A DNA stretch of 55,764 nt from Candidatus Moranbacteria bacterium RIFOXYA12_FULL_35_19 (GCA_001784805.1 MFSE01000013.1:1-55764), one strand, 5' to 3'; shown: positions 1 through 10,095, counted from the first letter of the stretch. Numbers and translations are program-made. The notes: a model not told the origin generated them from the letters alone.

Positions 1-1450
1 AATTAAATAGAAATGTCATACCTTTGCGTTTAGTTAAAATGTCATACTTGTGGAAATTTATGAATTATGGACTAATTGTCTTTGTTCGAATTGAGCCGAT
101 ATTTGTTTTCTCCAAGGATGATTAGCGGGTGGCATCCAAGGAGCTTTGCTCGGAGTGAGAGCAACTAATTTAGTCTTAATCTTTTCCGGTCTGGCAGGTA
201 ATTTTTTAAAATTCAAATACTTTTCTTTTTTGCTTAAATGAATCGATCCATCTAATCTTTCTTCAATTAAAACTAGATCTTTTTTGTAAACTGTGGTGGG
301 TTGAATTTCATCTAGTTGGTACCAAATGTTTTTAAACTGCACAGTAAAATCATTTTTAATTTGTCTTTGGGATTGGATAGAGAATATCTTATCTAGATTA
401 GTTTGGTCGTGTTGAGTTAATGGTTTATGCAAATTAGTATCTTTGGTTGGGACTACAGAAAATCTATTATTAAAATCCTGAATAAATGTTTCTTCTAAAA
501 ATTCATTGGCTGTTTTAGTATCGCTGATATTTTGGAGTCTCAATTCTTTGACTAATCTATCTTGCAAGGTTTCAAATAGTCTTTCAATTCTTCCTTTGGC
601 TTGGGGTGAATGAGCACTAATCAAATTGATATCTAAATCATTGCAGGCTCTTTGAAATTGAGTGAGTAATTCGTGATTATCGGTGGCATTTTTGTGATTC
701 ACCTTGTAGGTACTGAATTTATCGAGATAAATCGCTACGGGCTTGTTTTTAGCTTGGAGGTAGTCTTTCCAGAAGTTAAAGACTTCTACCACACCTTCGT
801 TTTTGCCAAAATTTAGTTTAGTGATTTTTCCGGTGGCGTCATCAATGGAAGCCAGGAGACAAACCTCCTTATTCCCATTTCTTTTTTCAAGCCATTTATG
901 ATAACTGCCATCAAACTGTTGCATTTCTCCATAACATTCTTTTCTTTCCCGCCAAGCTCGATGTTGTTGGTTTTGTTTTCTCTTTTTTGTTTTGAAAAAT
1001 TCTTCTTCAATCATTAAGTTTCTAATGGTGGTTACTCCCAGATTGATTTTATGAATCTCCATCAGTTTTTCTGTAGCTAGTGTTGGTCCGAAATCTGAAT
1101 AGTTTTTCTTGATTATTTTTTTAACTTTCCTCTTTAGTTTTTCTTCAATTTTGTTGTGGCTTACTTTGCCTCTCAGTTTATGGATAATTCCTTGGGTGCC
1201 GTCCTTAATCACACTAGATTTTAGTCTTTTGGTTTGTCTTATAGAAAGATGTAGTTGCTTGGAAGCATCAGTGCCATTGATCTTTTCAGCGATTAAATTG
1301 TTAATGATTGTGAGTCTCTCCGCTTCTTTATTTGTCATAGTGATTATGGATTGTTCCATTGTATTGGGTCTTAATAATTAACCCAATATTTTAGCAGGTA
1401 TGACATTTTAATAAAACGCTACTATGACATTACTACTTATTTATGACACA
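1..1450 (-). mobile_element. IS1202/ISNCY-type insertion sequence (left end clipped by window edge)
   Basis: Transposase flanked by repeated AATGTCATA units at 12-47 and inverted TATGACA units at 1399-1448, ending in ...TATGACACA (TGT-type end). Confidence 0.8.
58..1359 (-). CDS. DDE transposase, IS1202/ISNCY family
   Basis: N-terminal HTH; QFDGSYHKW, IDDATG, YLDK and SPQAKGRIERLFETLQDRL motifs. Confidence 0.9.
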   Translation of the reverse strand: MEQSIITMTNKEAERLTIINNLIAEKINGTDASKQLHLSIRQTKRLKSSVIKDGTQGIIHKLRGKVSHNKIEEKLKRKVKKIIKKNYSDFGPTLATEKLMEIHKINLGVTTIRNLMIEEEFFKTKKRKQNQQHRAWRERKECYGEMQQFDGSYHKWLEKRNGNKEVCLLASIDDATGKITKLNFGKNEGVVEVFNFWKDYLQAKNKPVAIYLDKFSTYKVNHKNATDNHELLTQFQRACNDLDINLISAHSPQAKGRIERLFETLQDRLVKELRLQNISDTKTANEFLEETFIQDFNNRFSVVPTKDTNLHKPLTQHDQTNLDKIFSIQSQRQIKNDFTVQFKNIWYQLDEIQPTTVYKKDLVLIEERLDGSIHLSKKEKYLNFKKLPARPEKIKTKLVALTPSKAPWMPPANHPWRKQISAQFEQRQLVHNS

Positions 1451-1467
1451 CCAAAATTATCCCCAGC

Positions 1468-1583
1468 TTTATCCCCCACCACTTTTTTTATTATTATTCA
1501 ATTAAATTCAGTTGGCTAATTGAAAAATTTAAGTTTATAATTTTCATATAAACATCCGCAAACAAAAAGTGGTGGGGGATAAA
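1468..1583. repeat. 20-bp inverted repeat pair, MITE-like
   Basis: TTTATCCCCCACCACTTTTT (1468-1487) and its reverse complement (1564-1583). Confidence 0.7.
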
Positions 1584-1622
1584 TTTGATAATCTGGCGAT
1601 AATCTTGTAGATTAGATGATAT

Positions 1623-1710
1623 GGAAGCGTGCCAGAGTGGCCGAATGGGGCGGTTTCGAAAACCGCTGTCGCCTCACCGGCGACCAGAGGTTCGAATCCT
1701 CTCGCTTCCG
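1623..1710 (+). tRNA. tRNA-Ser(CGA)
   Basis: Cloverleaf with long variable arm, anticodon arm GCGGT-TTCGAAA-ACCGC, GGTTCGAATCC T-arm. Confidence 0.95.
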
Positions 1711-1768
1711 CCGCCTTTACATTGACCCTATTAAATGCTAGCCTAAAAGAAGTTAGTTTTATAAAATC

Positions 1769-2296
1769 ATGCTTACTATCGAAAATTTTATCCAAAATAA
1801 TTTATTTGTCATAACCTCCGTTTTTTCCGGTCTTTTTTTGGTTTTTCTTTTTTGGCTAATTTTTCTTCAAATCCAGCTTGCTAAAATAAAGAAAAAGGCT
1901 AAAACTTTTTTCGCAGAAAGTTCCATAAAAAACATCGAGGAACTTATTATCGGCCATTCCAAAAGTCTAAAAATTCTCGACAAGGATATTCAGGAACTTT
2001 ATACCATCTCCAATCAAATCAATAATTTGGCTTTTCGCGGATTCCACAAATTCGGTCTTATCCGTTTCAACCCTTTCAAAGATGTCGGGGGCGATCAAAG
2101 TTTTTCCTTAGCTTTGCTCAATGGAAAAAATGACGGTATTGTCCTTTCTTCTCTTTTTACTCGCGAAGGAACTAGGATTTATTCCAAAACAATAGTTTCC
2201 GGCCTTTCAGAAAAATATCCTCTCACCGATGAAGAAAAAGAAGCGATAAAAAAAGCTCTCCTGCCACCAAAAATTAAAAAAAATGATAAATCTTAA
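1769..2296 (+). CDS. DUF4446-like membrane-anchored protein
   Basis: N-terminal TM helix; RFNPFKDVGGDQSFSLALL motif. Confidence 0.75.
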   Translation: MLTIENFIQNNLFVITSVFSGLFLVFLFWLIFLQIQLAKIKKKAKTFFAESSIKNIEELIIGHSKSLKILDKDIQELYTISNQINNLAFRGFHKFGLIRFNPFKDVGGDQSFSLALLNGKNDGIVLSSLFTREGTRIYSKTIVSGLSEKYPLTDEEKEAIKKALLPPKIKKNDKS

Positions 2297-2320
2297 TAAA
2301 ATTTACATCTCTCAAACTAA

Positions 2321-4096
2321 ATGATCAATGAAACTTCCAAAAAAATATCTCTCCCGCAAGCCATCACTGTTAAAAAATTCAGTGAGGTTTTGAAAATGCC
2401 TCTCAACGCAATTATCACTGAACTGATGAAAAACGGAATTTTAGCCACTATTAATGAAAAAATTGATTTTGAAACAGCATCAATCATTGCTCAAGATTTA
2501 GGTTTTGAAGTTTCTGAAGAAGCAGTAGATCTTGGAGAAAAAATGACTTTAGAAAAACTTAATGAAGAAATAAAAAAAGAAAAAGAATCCACCGATGTTT
2601 TGAAAAGTCGTCCGCCGATAGTTACAATTTTGGGTCATGTTGATCACGGAAAAACTACCCTTCTGGACACTATCCGAAAAACTAATGTTGCCGCCAAAGA
2701 ATCTGGCGGAATCACCCAACATATAAGTGCATACCAAGTCAAGAAAAAAGGTCAACTCATTACTTTTGTTGACACTCCAGGGCACGAAGCTTTCAGCGCT
2801 ATGCGCGAACGAGGCGTGAGCATTGCTGATATCGCTGTCCTTGTTGTGGCCGCTGATGACGGAGTACGCCCGCAAACCAGAGAAGTTATTGAATATCTTT
2901 TAGCCAAAAAAATTCCCACTGTTGTCGCGATAAATAAAATTGATAAACCGGAAATAAATATTCAAAGAGTAAAACAAGAATTGGCTGATGCCGGAATAGT
3001 TCTGGAAGAATGGGGCGGACAAGTGCTCTCGGCCAAAATCAGTGCCAAACAAAATATTGGCATCGATGATCTTTTGGATAATATTCTCCTCATCGCTGAA
3101 GTGGAAGATTTTCGTGCTAATTATAAACGCGATCCACTCGGTATTGTTTTGGAATCACATCTTGATCCGCAAAAAGGACCTGTGGCAACTGTTCTTATTA
3201 AAACCGGCACCCTCAAAGAAGGTCAGGATATCATTGCCGGTTCCGACCGTGGCCGGATAAAAAGAATTGAAGATTTTCGAGGAAACCGGATTTCTGAAGC
3301 CACTCCAGGAATGCCCATAAGTATCATTGGACTCCATCACACTCCCAACTCTAATGATATTTTGCAAACAGCTCCAGAAAAAACCCAGAGCAAATCTCAT
3401 TCTCAAGGGGGGCTTTTACAACAATCGCCGGAAGAATCTTTTAGCTCGCAAAAAATGATGCGTTCAATCGCTTCAGAAAAAATAAAAAGATTGAATATTA
3501 TTTTAAAATCGGATGTCCAAGGTTCACTGGAAGCTATCGGTCAAATTTTAGGCGAGATAAAATCCGAAGAAGTAGCCATTGATTATATAAAAACCGGTGT
3601 CGGAAACATCACCGAATCCGATGTCCGTTTGGCAGGAAGTTCCAATGCAATTATCTACGGATTCAATGTGGAAACTACGCCTGTTGCCAAAAGAATGTCC
3701 GAGACATCTAAAACAGAAGTCAAGAATTATAAAATTATTTACGAGCTCGTGGAAGATATTAAAAATAAACTTATCGCAATGCTTCCGCCAATTATCGAAC
3801 GAACTGACTTTGGAAAAATGAAAGTCTTGGCGCTTTTCAAAACCGGCCGTGGCGATATGATTATCGGCGGAAAAATATTAAGCGGAAAAATGTCCAACAA
3901 ATCTCTTATCGAAGTAATGCGCGGTGAAGCTGTCATCGGCCAAGGAAAACTCAATAATCTTCAAGAAAATAAAGTTGATGTGGATGAAGTTACTAGCGGA
4001 AAAGAATGTGGCATTACCTTTTTAGGCAATACCAAAATAAAAGAAGGTGATGTGCTTTTAAGTTATAAGGAAGAGGTGAAGAAAAGAACACTCTAA
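2321..4096 (+). CDS. infB: Translation initiation factor IF-2
   Basis: GHVDHGKT, DTPGHEAF, NKID GTPase motifs. Confidence 0.97.
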   Translation: MINETSKKISLPQAITVKKFSEVLKMPLNAIITELMKNGILATINEKIDFETASIIAQDLGFEVSEEAVDLGEKMTLEKLNEEIKKEKESTDVLKSRPPIVTILGHVDHGKTTLLDTIRKTNVAAKESGGITQHISAYQVKKKGQLITFVDTPGHEAFSAMRERGVSIADIAVLVVAADDGVRPQTREVIEYLLAKKIPTVVAINKIDKPEINIQRVKQELADAGIVLEEWGGQVLSAKISAKQNIGIDDLLDNILLIAEVEDFRANYKRDPLGIVLESHLDPQKGPVATVLIKTGTLKEGQDIIAGSDRGRIKRIEDFRGNRISEATPGMPISIIGLHHTPNSNDILQTAPEKTQSKSHSQGGLLQQSPEESFSSQKMMRSIASEKIKRLNIILKSDVQGSLEAIGQILGEIKSEEVAIDYIKTGVGNITESDVRLAGSSNAIIYGFNVETTPVAKRMSETSKTEVKNYKIIYELVEDIKNKLIAMLPPIIERTDFGKMKVLALFKTGRGDMIIGGKILSGKMSNKSLIEVMRGEAVIGQGKLNNLQENKVDVDEVTSGKECGITFLGNTKIKEGDVLLSYKEEVKKRTL

Positions 4097-4099
4097 AAA

Positions 4100-4213
4100 A
4101 ATTTCCAATTCACAATTTTCAATTTTCAGTGAATGATCAATTTTCAATTTTTAATATCTTTGGTTTGAAAATTTTTAACTTGAAAATTTATTGAAAATTG
4201 AAACTTGAAAATT
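4100..4213. repeat. Inverted array of TTTTCAA/TTGAAAA heptamer-like units
   Basis: Tandem degenerate AATTTTC units followed by complementary GAAAATT units between infB and rbfA. Confidence 0.6.
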
Positions 4214-4552
4214 ATGAATAATCGAATTGTTAAAATAAACGAACTCATAAAAAAACATACCAACGACATTATCCTCAAAGACCTCTCTCTAAAAGACGGG
4301 GTTTTTATTACTATCGCCAAAGTTGACACAACTCCCGATCTTCGCTATACTCGGGTGTTTGTTAGTATTTTCCCAGAAAAAGAAATTTCTTATGCTATGA
4401 AAACTTTAGAAAAAGAAATTTTCCAAATTCAAGGAATACTCAACAAAAAATTATCTATGCGACCACTGCCCAAAATCGAATTCCGACTTGATCTAACAGA
4501 ATCTAAGGCGGATGAGATAGAGAAATTGCTAAAAAATATAGAGAGCAATTAG
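4214..4552 (+). CDS. rbfA: Ribosome-binding factor A
   Basis: Follows infB; RIVKINELIK, TPDLRYTRVFVS and PKIEFRLD motifs; ATG at 4214 preferred. Confidence 0.9.
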   Translation: MNNRIVKINELIKKHTNDIILKDLSLKDGVFITIAKVDTTPDLRYTRVFVSIFPEKEISYAMKTLEKEIFQIQGILNKKLSMRPLPKIEFRLDLTESKADEIEKLLKNIESN

Positions 4553-4694
4553 AAAGTAGTTTTTAGAAATTGGAAAATAGTTCAGGAAAACAGAAATTAG
4601 AGATTGGATTATTTCAATTTTCTATTTTCTAATTTCTTGAACTAATATCTTTTTTCTTTATCACTTTTTTCTACTTTCGATTTTATTTATATAT

Positions 4695-5654
4695 ATGTCC
4701 AAATACACCCAAGAATTCAACACTCTCAATTATGTTATAAATGAATCTAGTGAGATTCTTCTTTTCGCTCATTCCCGTCCTGACTCCGACACAATCGGAT
4801 CGGTTTTAGCTTTACGAGAATATATTTTGGCTTTAGGAAAAAATGTTGCCATAGCTTGCGCCGATCCATATCCAGATTATCTTAAAGATTTAGCGCCGGA
4901 TTATTTTGAATTTCCCGATCATTTAGATTTAGAAAAATATAATCTAATAATCGCCACCGACAGCGTGGAAAGAGGTTTTCAAAAATTTTACCCTGTCTTC
5001 AAAGAAAATCAAATCGTCGCTCTTCTCGATCATCACCCCGACATCACGCTAAAAGGCGACATCAATATTATTGATCCAAAATATTCCTCTGTCTGCGAAA
5101 TTATTTATGATTTTTTTGAATTTAATAAAATCAAACTCTCTCGATCCATCGCTACCTTTCTTATGTTAGGAATTTTAGGCGATACCGGAAATTTTCAACA
5201 TTCCAACACTACTTCCAGAGTGTTAGAAATAGCTTCTGTTCTTATGAAAAAAGGTGCCCCGATAACTAAAATCATTAGCATTGCTTTTTCTAATAAAAAT
5301 ATTTCCGCTCTCAAACTTTGGGGCAAAGCTTTTGAAAAAGCTCGCATCAATCCAGAAAATGGGATGATCGCTTCCTTTATTTCCGAAAAAGAACTGGCGG
5401 AATGCGGAGGAAATTTGGAAGATATCGCTCAAGTCTCAACTATCCTAAATTCCGTCCCCGGCACAAAATTTGCATTAGTTTTATCCGAAAGAGGCGACGG
5501 AATTATCAAGGGAAGTTTGCGTTCCGAAGAATATAAAGGCGTCGATGTCTCCCGCATCGCCGCCCAGTTCGGTGGTGGCGGCCACCGCCTCGCCTCCGGC
5601 TTTGAAATCAAAGGCAAAGTTGTCGAGACAGCCGAAGGCTGGCAAGTGGTATAA
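4695..5654 (+). CDS. nrnA: DHH/DHHA1 phosphoesterase (NrnA-like)
   Basis: HSRPDSD, DHH, GDTGNF and GGGGH motifs; follows rbfA. Confidence 0.85.
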   Translation: MSKYTQEFNTLNYVINESSEILLFAHSRPDSDTIGSVLALREYILALGKNVAIACADPYPDYLKDLAPDYFEFPDHLDLEKYNLIIATDSVERGFQKFYPVFKENQIVALLDHHPDITLKGDINIIDPKYSSVCEIIYDFFEFNKIKLSRSIATFLMLGILGDTGNFQHSNTTSRVLEIASVLMKKGAPITKIISIAFSNKNISALKLWGKAFEKARINPENGMIASFISEKELAECGGNLEDIAQVSTILNSVPGTKFALVLSERGDGIIKGSLRSEEYKGVDVSRIAAQFGGGGHRLASGFEIKGKVVETAEGWQVV

Positions 5655-5893
5655 AATTTTCAATTTTCAATATTTTTTTAAAATTATATTAACTTTGTAT
5701 TGAAATTTAGTCTTGCGAAACGCTCTCCTGAAAAATTTTTGCATTTTTAATCCACCCTATAAAATAAAGAATTATAAATTAAGATTTTTGAGCGTTAAAA
5801 ATTTACTCATCAGTTCCCAAGGGGAGTTAGTAAATTTAGCGAGAAAATCGAAAATTTATTTCTTTATTTTATTAGGGTGGCCACTTTCTTTTG

Positions 5894-5922
5894 TTACTTT
5901 TCTTTGAGGCAAAGAAAAGTAA
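5894..5922. repeat. REP-like hairpin
   Basis: TTACTTTTCTTTG-AGG-CAAAGAAAAGTAA perfect 13-bp stem, with a degenerate copy right after. Confidence 0.55.
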
Positions 5923-5982
5923 AGGGAGAATATTTTCTTGGCTCGAAAGAAAAAGTAAGGCAAAGTATGCTAAAATAATCTC

Positions 5983-6807
5983 ATGAATATCGGTTGTCAT
6001 GTCTCAATCGCCGGAGGAATTTTTGAAGCTCCTAAGAGAGCTTCTGATTTAGGCTGCGAATGTATGCAAATTTTCACCCGCTCCCCGCAAGGTGGCAAGG
6101 CCCCCGAACTAACTCCAGAAGTTGTGAAAAAATTCAAAGCAGAAATGAAAAAATATTCGCTTGAAAATTTTTACATTCATACACCATATTATATCAACTT
6201 TGCTTCGGAAAATAATCGCATTCGTTACGGGTCCGTGAGTGTGGTGCGAGATGAATTGGAACGAGGAAATCTCATTGGCGCAAAATATGTCATGACCCAT
6301 CTTGGCACTGCCAAAGATTTGGGGCAAAAAGAAGCCATTGCCAAAACCATCGAGATGCTTCAAAAAACTTTAGAAGATTACTCTGGAAAAACTAAATTAA
6401 TTTTAGAAAACAGTGCTGGCGCCGGAGAAATTATCGGCGATGATTTGTCAGAATTAGCAGAAATTATCAAAGGCGTCAATTCAAAATCTATTGCTGGCAT
6501 TTGTCTCGACACCCAACATTCTTTTGCCTCCGGTTATGATTGGCGAGATTTTGAAAAAACCCTAGCCAGAATTGACAGTGAAATTGGTCTTAAAAATATA
6601 AAACTATTCCACGTCAACGACAGCCTCACTGAATGCGGATCTAATAAAGACCGCCACGCCCACATCGGCGAAGGCTTGATTGGAAATGAGGCTTTCAAAA
6701 ACATTGTCGCCTTTGCCAAAAAAAATAACATTGATATGATTCTCGAGACCGAACATGATCGCGTTTCAGATGACATAAATCTTCTAAAAAAATTCCGTGA
6801 TAAATAA
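5983..6807 (+). CDS. nfo: Endonuclease IV
   Basis: GCHVSIAGG, HTPYYIN, LENSAG, CLDTQH and DRHAHIGEG motifs. Confidence 0.95.
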   Translation: MNIGCHVSIAGGIFEAPKRASDLGCECMQIFTRSPQGGKAPELTPEVVKKFKAEMKKYSLENFYIHTPYYINFASENNRIRYGSVSVVRDELERGNLIGAKYVMTHLGTAKDLGQKEAIAKTIEMLQKTLEDYSGKTKLILENSAGAGEIIGDDLSELAEIIKGVNSKSIAGICLDTQHSFASGYDWRDFEKTLARIDSEIGLKNIKLFHVNDSLTECGSNKDRHAHIGEGLIGNEAFKNIVAFAKKNNIDMILETEHDRVSDDINLLKKFRDK

Positions 6808-6927
6808 TCTTTCCACGACCGCATCATCCGAAACGAAACCGAATTAAACAAAATCAGAGAATATATTTTATCTAATCCACGAATGTGGGAACGCGATAGA
6901 AATAATTCAGAAAATATTTTGATGTAA
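6808..6927 (+). pseudogene. C-terminal remnant of a REP-associated tyrosine (HUH Y1/RAYT) transposase
   Basis: Translates SFHDRIIRNETELNKIREYILSNPRMWERD; no start codon or HUH N-terminus. Confidence 0.7.
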
Positions 6928-6964
6928 AATAAAAACCGGCAGGCACCACGATGGGCGCCTGCCG
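6926..6964 (-). terminator. Intrinsic terminator with GGCAGG/CCTGCC stem
   Basis: CGGCAGGCACC-ACGATG-GGCGCCTGCCG with a T-tract on the minus strand. Confidence 0.65.
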
Positions 6965-7043
6965 AATTTGCAAAATTAAATATAATGAGCGGGAAATGTC
7001 CATAAATTTTTCTTTGCTGATACGCAAAGAACATCTTCCAAAG

Positions 7044-7232
7044 TTAGTGTTTTTGAACATAAAATATCCACACTTCAGGATATGTTCCGCAATAAATAAC
7101 CTGCCGATGGGTAATAACGATTTTATCTCTCTGTTTCCGTAGCCACTCATTAGCCTCTTTAATCACAAAATCCTCCGCTGTTTGTCCCGCTTTTAAATAT
7201 ATACTTGAAGTAAAATATTTTATTCGCTCCAT
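7044..7232 (-). CDS. Small orphan protein, divergent from TrmB
   Basis: 62 aa; SD AGAGGTGA; consensus promoter upstream. Confidence 0.65.
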   Translation of the reverse strand: MERIKYFTSSIYLKAGQTAEDFVIKEANEWLRKQRDKIVITHRQVIYCGTYPEVWIFYVQKH

Positions 7233-7291
7233 TGCTCACCTCTCTTTTGTTAAGTTGTTAAGTTTCATTCATCTTTTTATCATAACAACCA

Positions 7292-7320
7292 ATTATACGC
7301 CAAAATCAACAAAGTGTCAA
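7292..7320 (-). promoter_or_regulatory. Sigma70 promoter of the orphan gene
   Basis: TTGACA-17nt-TATAAT on the minus strand. Confidence 0.8.
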
Positions 7321-7388
7321 TAATTCTAGATTTCAAATTGATATTTTGTTATATTTGGCTAATATAAAGCAATATAATTTAATTAGTG

Positions 7389-7417
7389 TTGACATTTCTA
7401 CCGTCATTTGATATAAT
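7389..7417 (+). promoter_or_regulatory. Sigma70 promoter of trmB (near-leaderless)
   Basis: TTGACA-17nt-TATAAT; ATG follows 9 nt after the -10 box. Confidence 0.8.
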
Positions 7418-7426
7418 TGAGATAAT

Positions 7427-8281
7427 ATGAGCCTAGAAAATAACCTAAAATCAATTGGATTAGAAGAAAAAGAAGCGCAAGTCTATCTCGCTACTCTTGA
7501 ACTTGGACCAACAAACATTCAAAATCTAGCCAAGAAAGCTGGGATCAAGCGTAGCACTGTCTATGAGATACTACGAAATCTCAAAAACCAAGGCCTTATT
7601 TCCGAAGCTATGCAAGGAAAAAGAAAACTAATCATCGCTTCTTCACCTGACAAACTCAAAAGGAATATCAAAGAAAAAGAAAATTTACTAAATCAAATTT
7701 TGCCAGAGCTAAAATCACTCGACAACGCCGGACCGATCAAACCAAAAATCACTTATTATGAAGGCAGAGAAGGACTTCGCGAAATTTACATGATTGCGCT
7801 GGAAGCGAAAAACAAAAGAGCGGATTGGGTTTCACCTATTCAATCCGTCGTAGAAACAGTTGGAGAAGATTTTTTGGAAAAATATGTCGAAACAAAAAAA
7901 AGAATGGGTTATTGGATTCGTTCCCTTCACATCACTAGTCGCCAAGTATCCACCTACAAATATCTTGATCCAATAACTTTCAAAAAAACTTTGCGTGATG
8001 TTAGATTTTCACCGCAAGACATAGACATTCCAAACACAATTGCAATGTGGGATAATAAGGTAGCTATCATCAGCACTCAAAAAGAAGGTTTTGGATTTAT
8101 AATCGAAAGCAAAGATTTTTCAATCTCAATGAAAATGTTTTACGAATTACTTTGGAACATCAGTAAACCCTATGGCGATATGAATTTTGAGAACAAAAAT
8201 AAAAACGAGGAGAATAAATCCAGCACTATTAACAAAGTGCTGGGCAAGGACGACGACCTAGATTATTGGGCGAAGCAATAA
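7427..8281 (+). CDS. TrmB-family transcriptional regulator (copy 1)
   Basis: LGLEEKEAQVY-type wHTH start, RSTVY, YYEGREG linker, C-terminal WDNKVAII domain. Confidence 0.88.
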   Translation: MSLENNLKSIGLEEKEAQVYLATLELGPTNIQNLAKKAGIKRSTVYEILRNLKNQGLISEAMQGKRKLIIASSPDKLKRNIKEKENLLNQILPELKSLDNAGPIKPKITYYEGREGLREIYMIALEAKNKRADWVSPIQSVVETVGEDFLEKYVETKKRMGYWIRSLHITSRQVSTYKYLDPITFKKTLRDVRFSPQDIDIPNTIAMWDNKVAIISTQKEGFGFIIESKDFSISMKMFYELLWNISKPYGDMNFENKNKNEENKSSTINKVLGKDDDLDYWAKQ

Positions 8282-8438
8282 AAAAATATTTCAAATAAAA
8301 TTCAACAGGAATAATAATTAATTCCTGTTTTTTTATTCCGACTACTATTTCTTATTTATATCTTCTCCTTTTTTTATTCATACCTCCTTCTTATATAATC
8401 CATCCTAAGATAATCTCATTGTTTATCGCTACACATCA

Positions 8439-8580
8439 CTCTCACATTTGTGCATATGCACATTTTTGAGAATAGTGCTATAATATACTCATCAAACAAA
8501 TCTATTAAAATTTAATATAACTTTATACAATTTAATATAAACTAGCTCTCATTTTTGTGCATATGCATAATTTTGAGACA
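8439..8580. repeat. Two TGTGCATATGCA(C/T)A palindromes upstream of the PaaX-like gene
   Basis: Cores at 8449-8462 and 8556-8569, each within CTCTCA...TGAGA. Confidence 0.8.
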
Positions 8581-8594
8581 ATAACACAAATAAT

Positions 8595-9206
8595 ATGGTT
8601 AATAATAAACAAAGCTTAAAAGAATTATTTGAAAATAAATTTTTGTATAATGATAGTATGAGCGCTACTGCTTCTAAATTTCTATTGGCTTTTTTAGCAG
8701 TTGGACCGCTCCTAGTTGTTGGGGCCGTGCTTCCCGGAATTATCTCTGCTACAAATTCGATAAAACAATCAAAAAAATATTCCGAGCCAAAATTCCAGAA
8801 TGCCTACAGAAATCTTCGCCACCGAAAACTAATTGAAATTATCCACGAGAAGAATGGCAAAATCAGAGTTCAGCTTACCAACAAAGGTCAAAAGCGCATT
8901 AAAGATTTTTATTTTGAAAATTTGCAACTGTCAAAACCAAAAAGGTGGGACGGCAAATGGCGAGTTTTGATTTTTGATATTCCAACCAAACCCCAAATAT
9001 ATAATCAGGCGCGAAATGCTTTGCGAAACAAAATCAAAGATCTCGGATTCTACCAAATGCAAAAAAGCGCTTGGATTTGTCCTTATGAATGCGAAGATGA
9101 AATCCTTTTTGTAGCGGAAATTTTCCAAGTACAAAAACACATCGAAATTCTCACCGTCGAAAAACTTCTACACGAAGAAAAAATCAGAAAGTATTTTAGA
9201 TTATAA
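8595..9206 (+). CDS. PaaX-like protein (wHTH plus Cas2-like/ferredoxin-fold C-terminal domain)
   Basis: LTNKG, WDGKWRVLIFDIP and LGFYQMQKSAWICPY motifs. Confidence 0.8.
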   Translation: MVNNKQSLKELFENKFLYNDSMSATASKFLLAFLAVGPLLVVGAVLPGIISATNSIKQSKKYSEPKFQNAYRNLRHRKLIEIIHEKNGKIRVQLTNKGQKRIKDFYFENLQLSKPKRWDGKWRVLIFDIPTKPQIYNQARNALRNKIKDLGFYQMQKSAWICPYECEDEILFVAEIFQVQKHIEILTVEKLLHEEKIRKYFRL

Positions 9207-9207
9207 T

Positions 9208-9240
9208 CACTTTCTATGCATATGCACAATATTGATTATT
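9208..9240. repeat. TATGCATATGCACA palindrome downstream of the PaaX-like gene
   Basis: Core at 9215-9228; near-identical to 26959-26991. Confidence 0.8.
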
Positions 9241-9345
9241 GCGAATTATTTTAGTGATGCGTAGTTGTTAATATTTTTGTTAATAATATCGCATCATAAA
9301 AACTTTCTCAAAATAAAAATCGGCAGGCACCACGATGGGCACCAA

Positions 9346-10095
9346 TTATTTTGAATTCTTTGATTGTTTTTTCCTCCAAAGATATTCAAAAATTTCTTTC
9401 ATAGCCAAAGATATCTTTTTGTTTTTAATCAACACTCCAGTTGGTTTTTTTTCATCAAAAGCAACTATCGAAACTTTGTCACCATAAATATTTATTTCGA
9501 TATTTAAATCACGAAAAAGATTAATGAATTTCATTTCTCGAAGCATTTTTTTGACACTTTTAATTTCTCGCTCGCCATCTTCGCTTTTTGGCAAAAGGCT
9601 TTTCACTTTAATCTGATGCTTGATCCTTTGTGGAAAATATTCATTTCTGAAAAAATCTCCCAATGTGCTATAGGCGCTGGCATAATCACAAATAGAATAT
9701 ATAATTTTTTCTTTATTGTCTCTCCAAGAATCATGATATAAATTTTTTACACTTTCTGAACCATTAAAATATTTCATTTCTGAAATAAGAGATTCAGAAT
9801 TAGTATTCTTTTGATTACCAATCCAACCCGCCAATTCTTGATTCTCTTTTTGCATATCACTTTCTCTTCTTTTAGCCCAAAGTAAAAAATCTTGTTTCGA
9901 GATTGGCTGATAAACAGTTTTATTCTCGCTCTTAATCCCAGAAACTAATCCTTTTTCAATTAATTTCTCAATAATTGGATAAAGCGTTGTTCGATTTATC
10001 AATGTCTCTCGGGATAATTCATGCACTGAGCCATTTTGCATTTTGTACAACCCCGCTAAAACTTTCTTTTCTTTTTCGGAAATAAAATTATTCAT
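9346..10095 (-). CDS. TrmB-family transcriptional regulator (copy 2)
   Basis: INRTTLY wHTH, YFNGSES, EINIYGDKV; ATG 10095 preferred over TTG 10119. Confidence 0.85.
   Translation of the reverse strand: MNNFISEKEKKVLAGLYKMQNGSVHELSRETLINRTTLYPIIEKLIEKGLVSGIKSENKTVYQPISKQDFLLWAKRRESDMQKENQELAGWIGNQKNTNSESLISEMKYFNGSESVKNLYHDSWRDNKEKIIYSICDYASAYSTLGDFFRNEYFPQRIKHQIKVKSLLPKSEDGEREIKSVKKMLREMKFINLFRDLNIEINIYGDKVSIVAFDEKKPTGVLIKNKKISLAMKEIFEYLWRKKQSKNSK

Noticed and set aside
8439..9240. CRISPR-Cas locus (Cas2-like protein with repeats)
   Set aside because: Only three irregularly spaced palindromes, no spacer periodicity, no cas1 or effector; the protein is PaaX-like.
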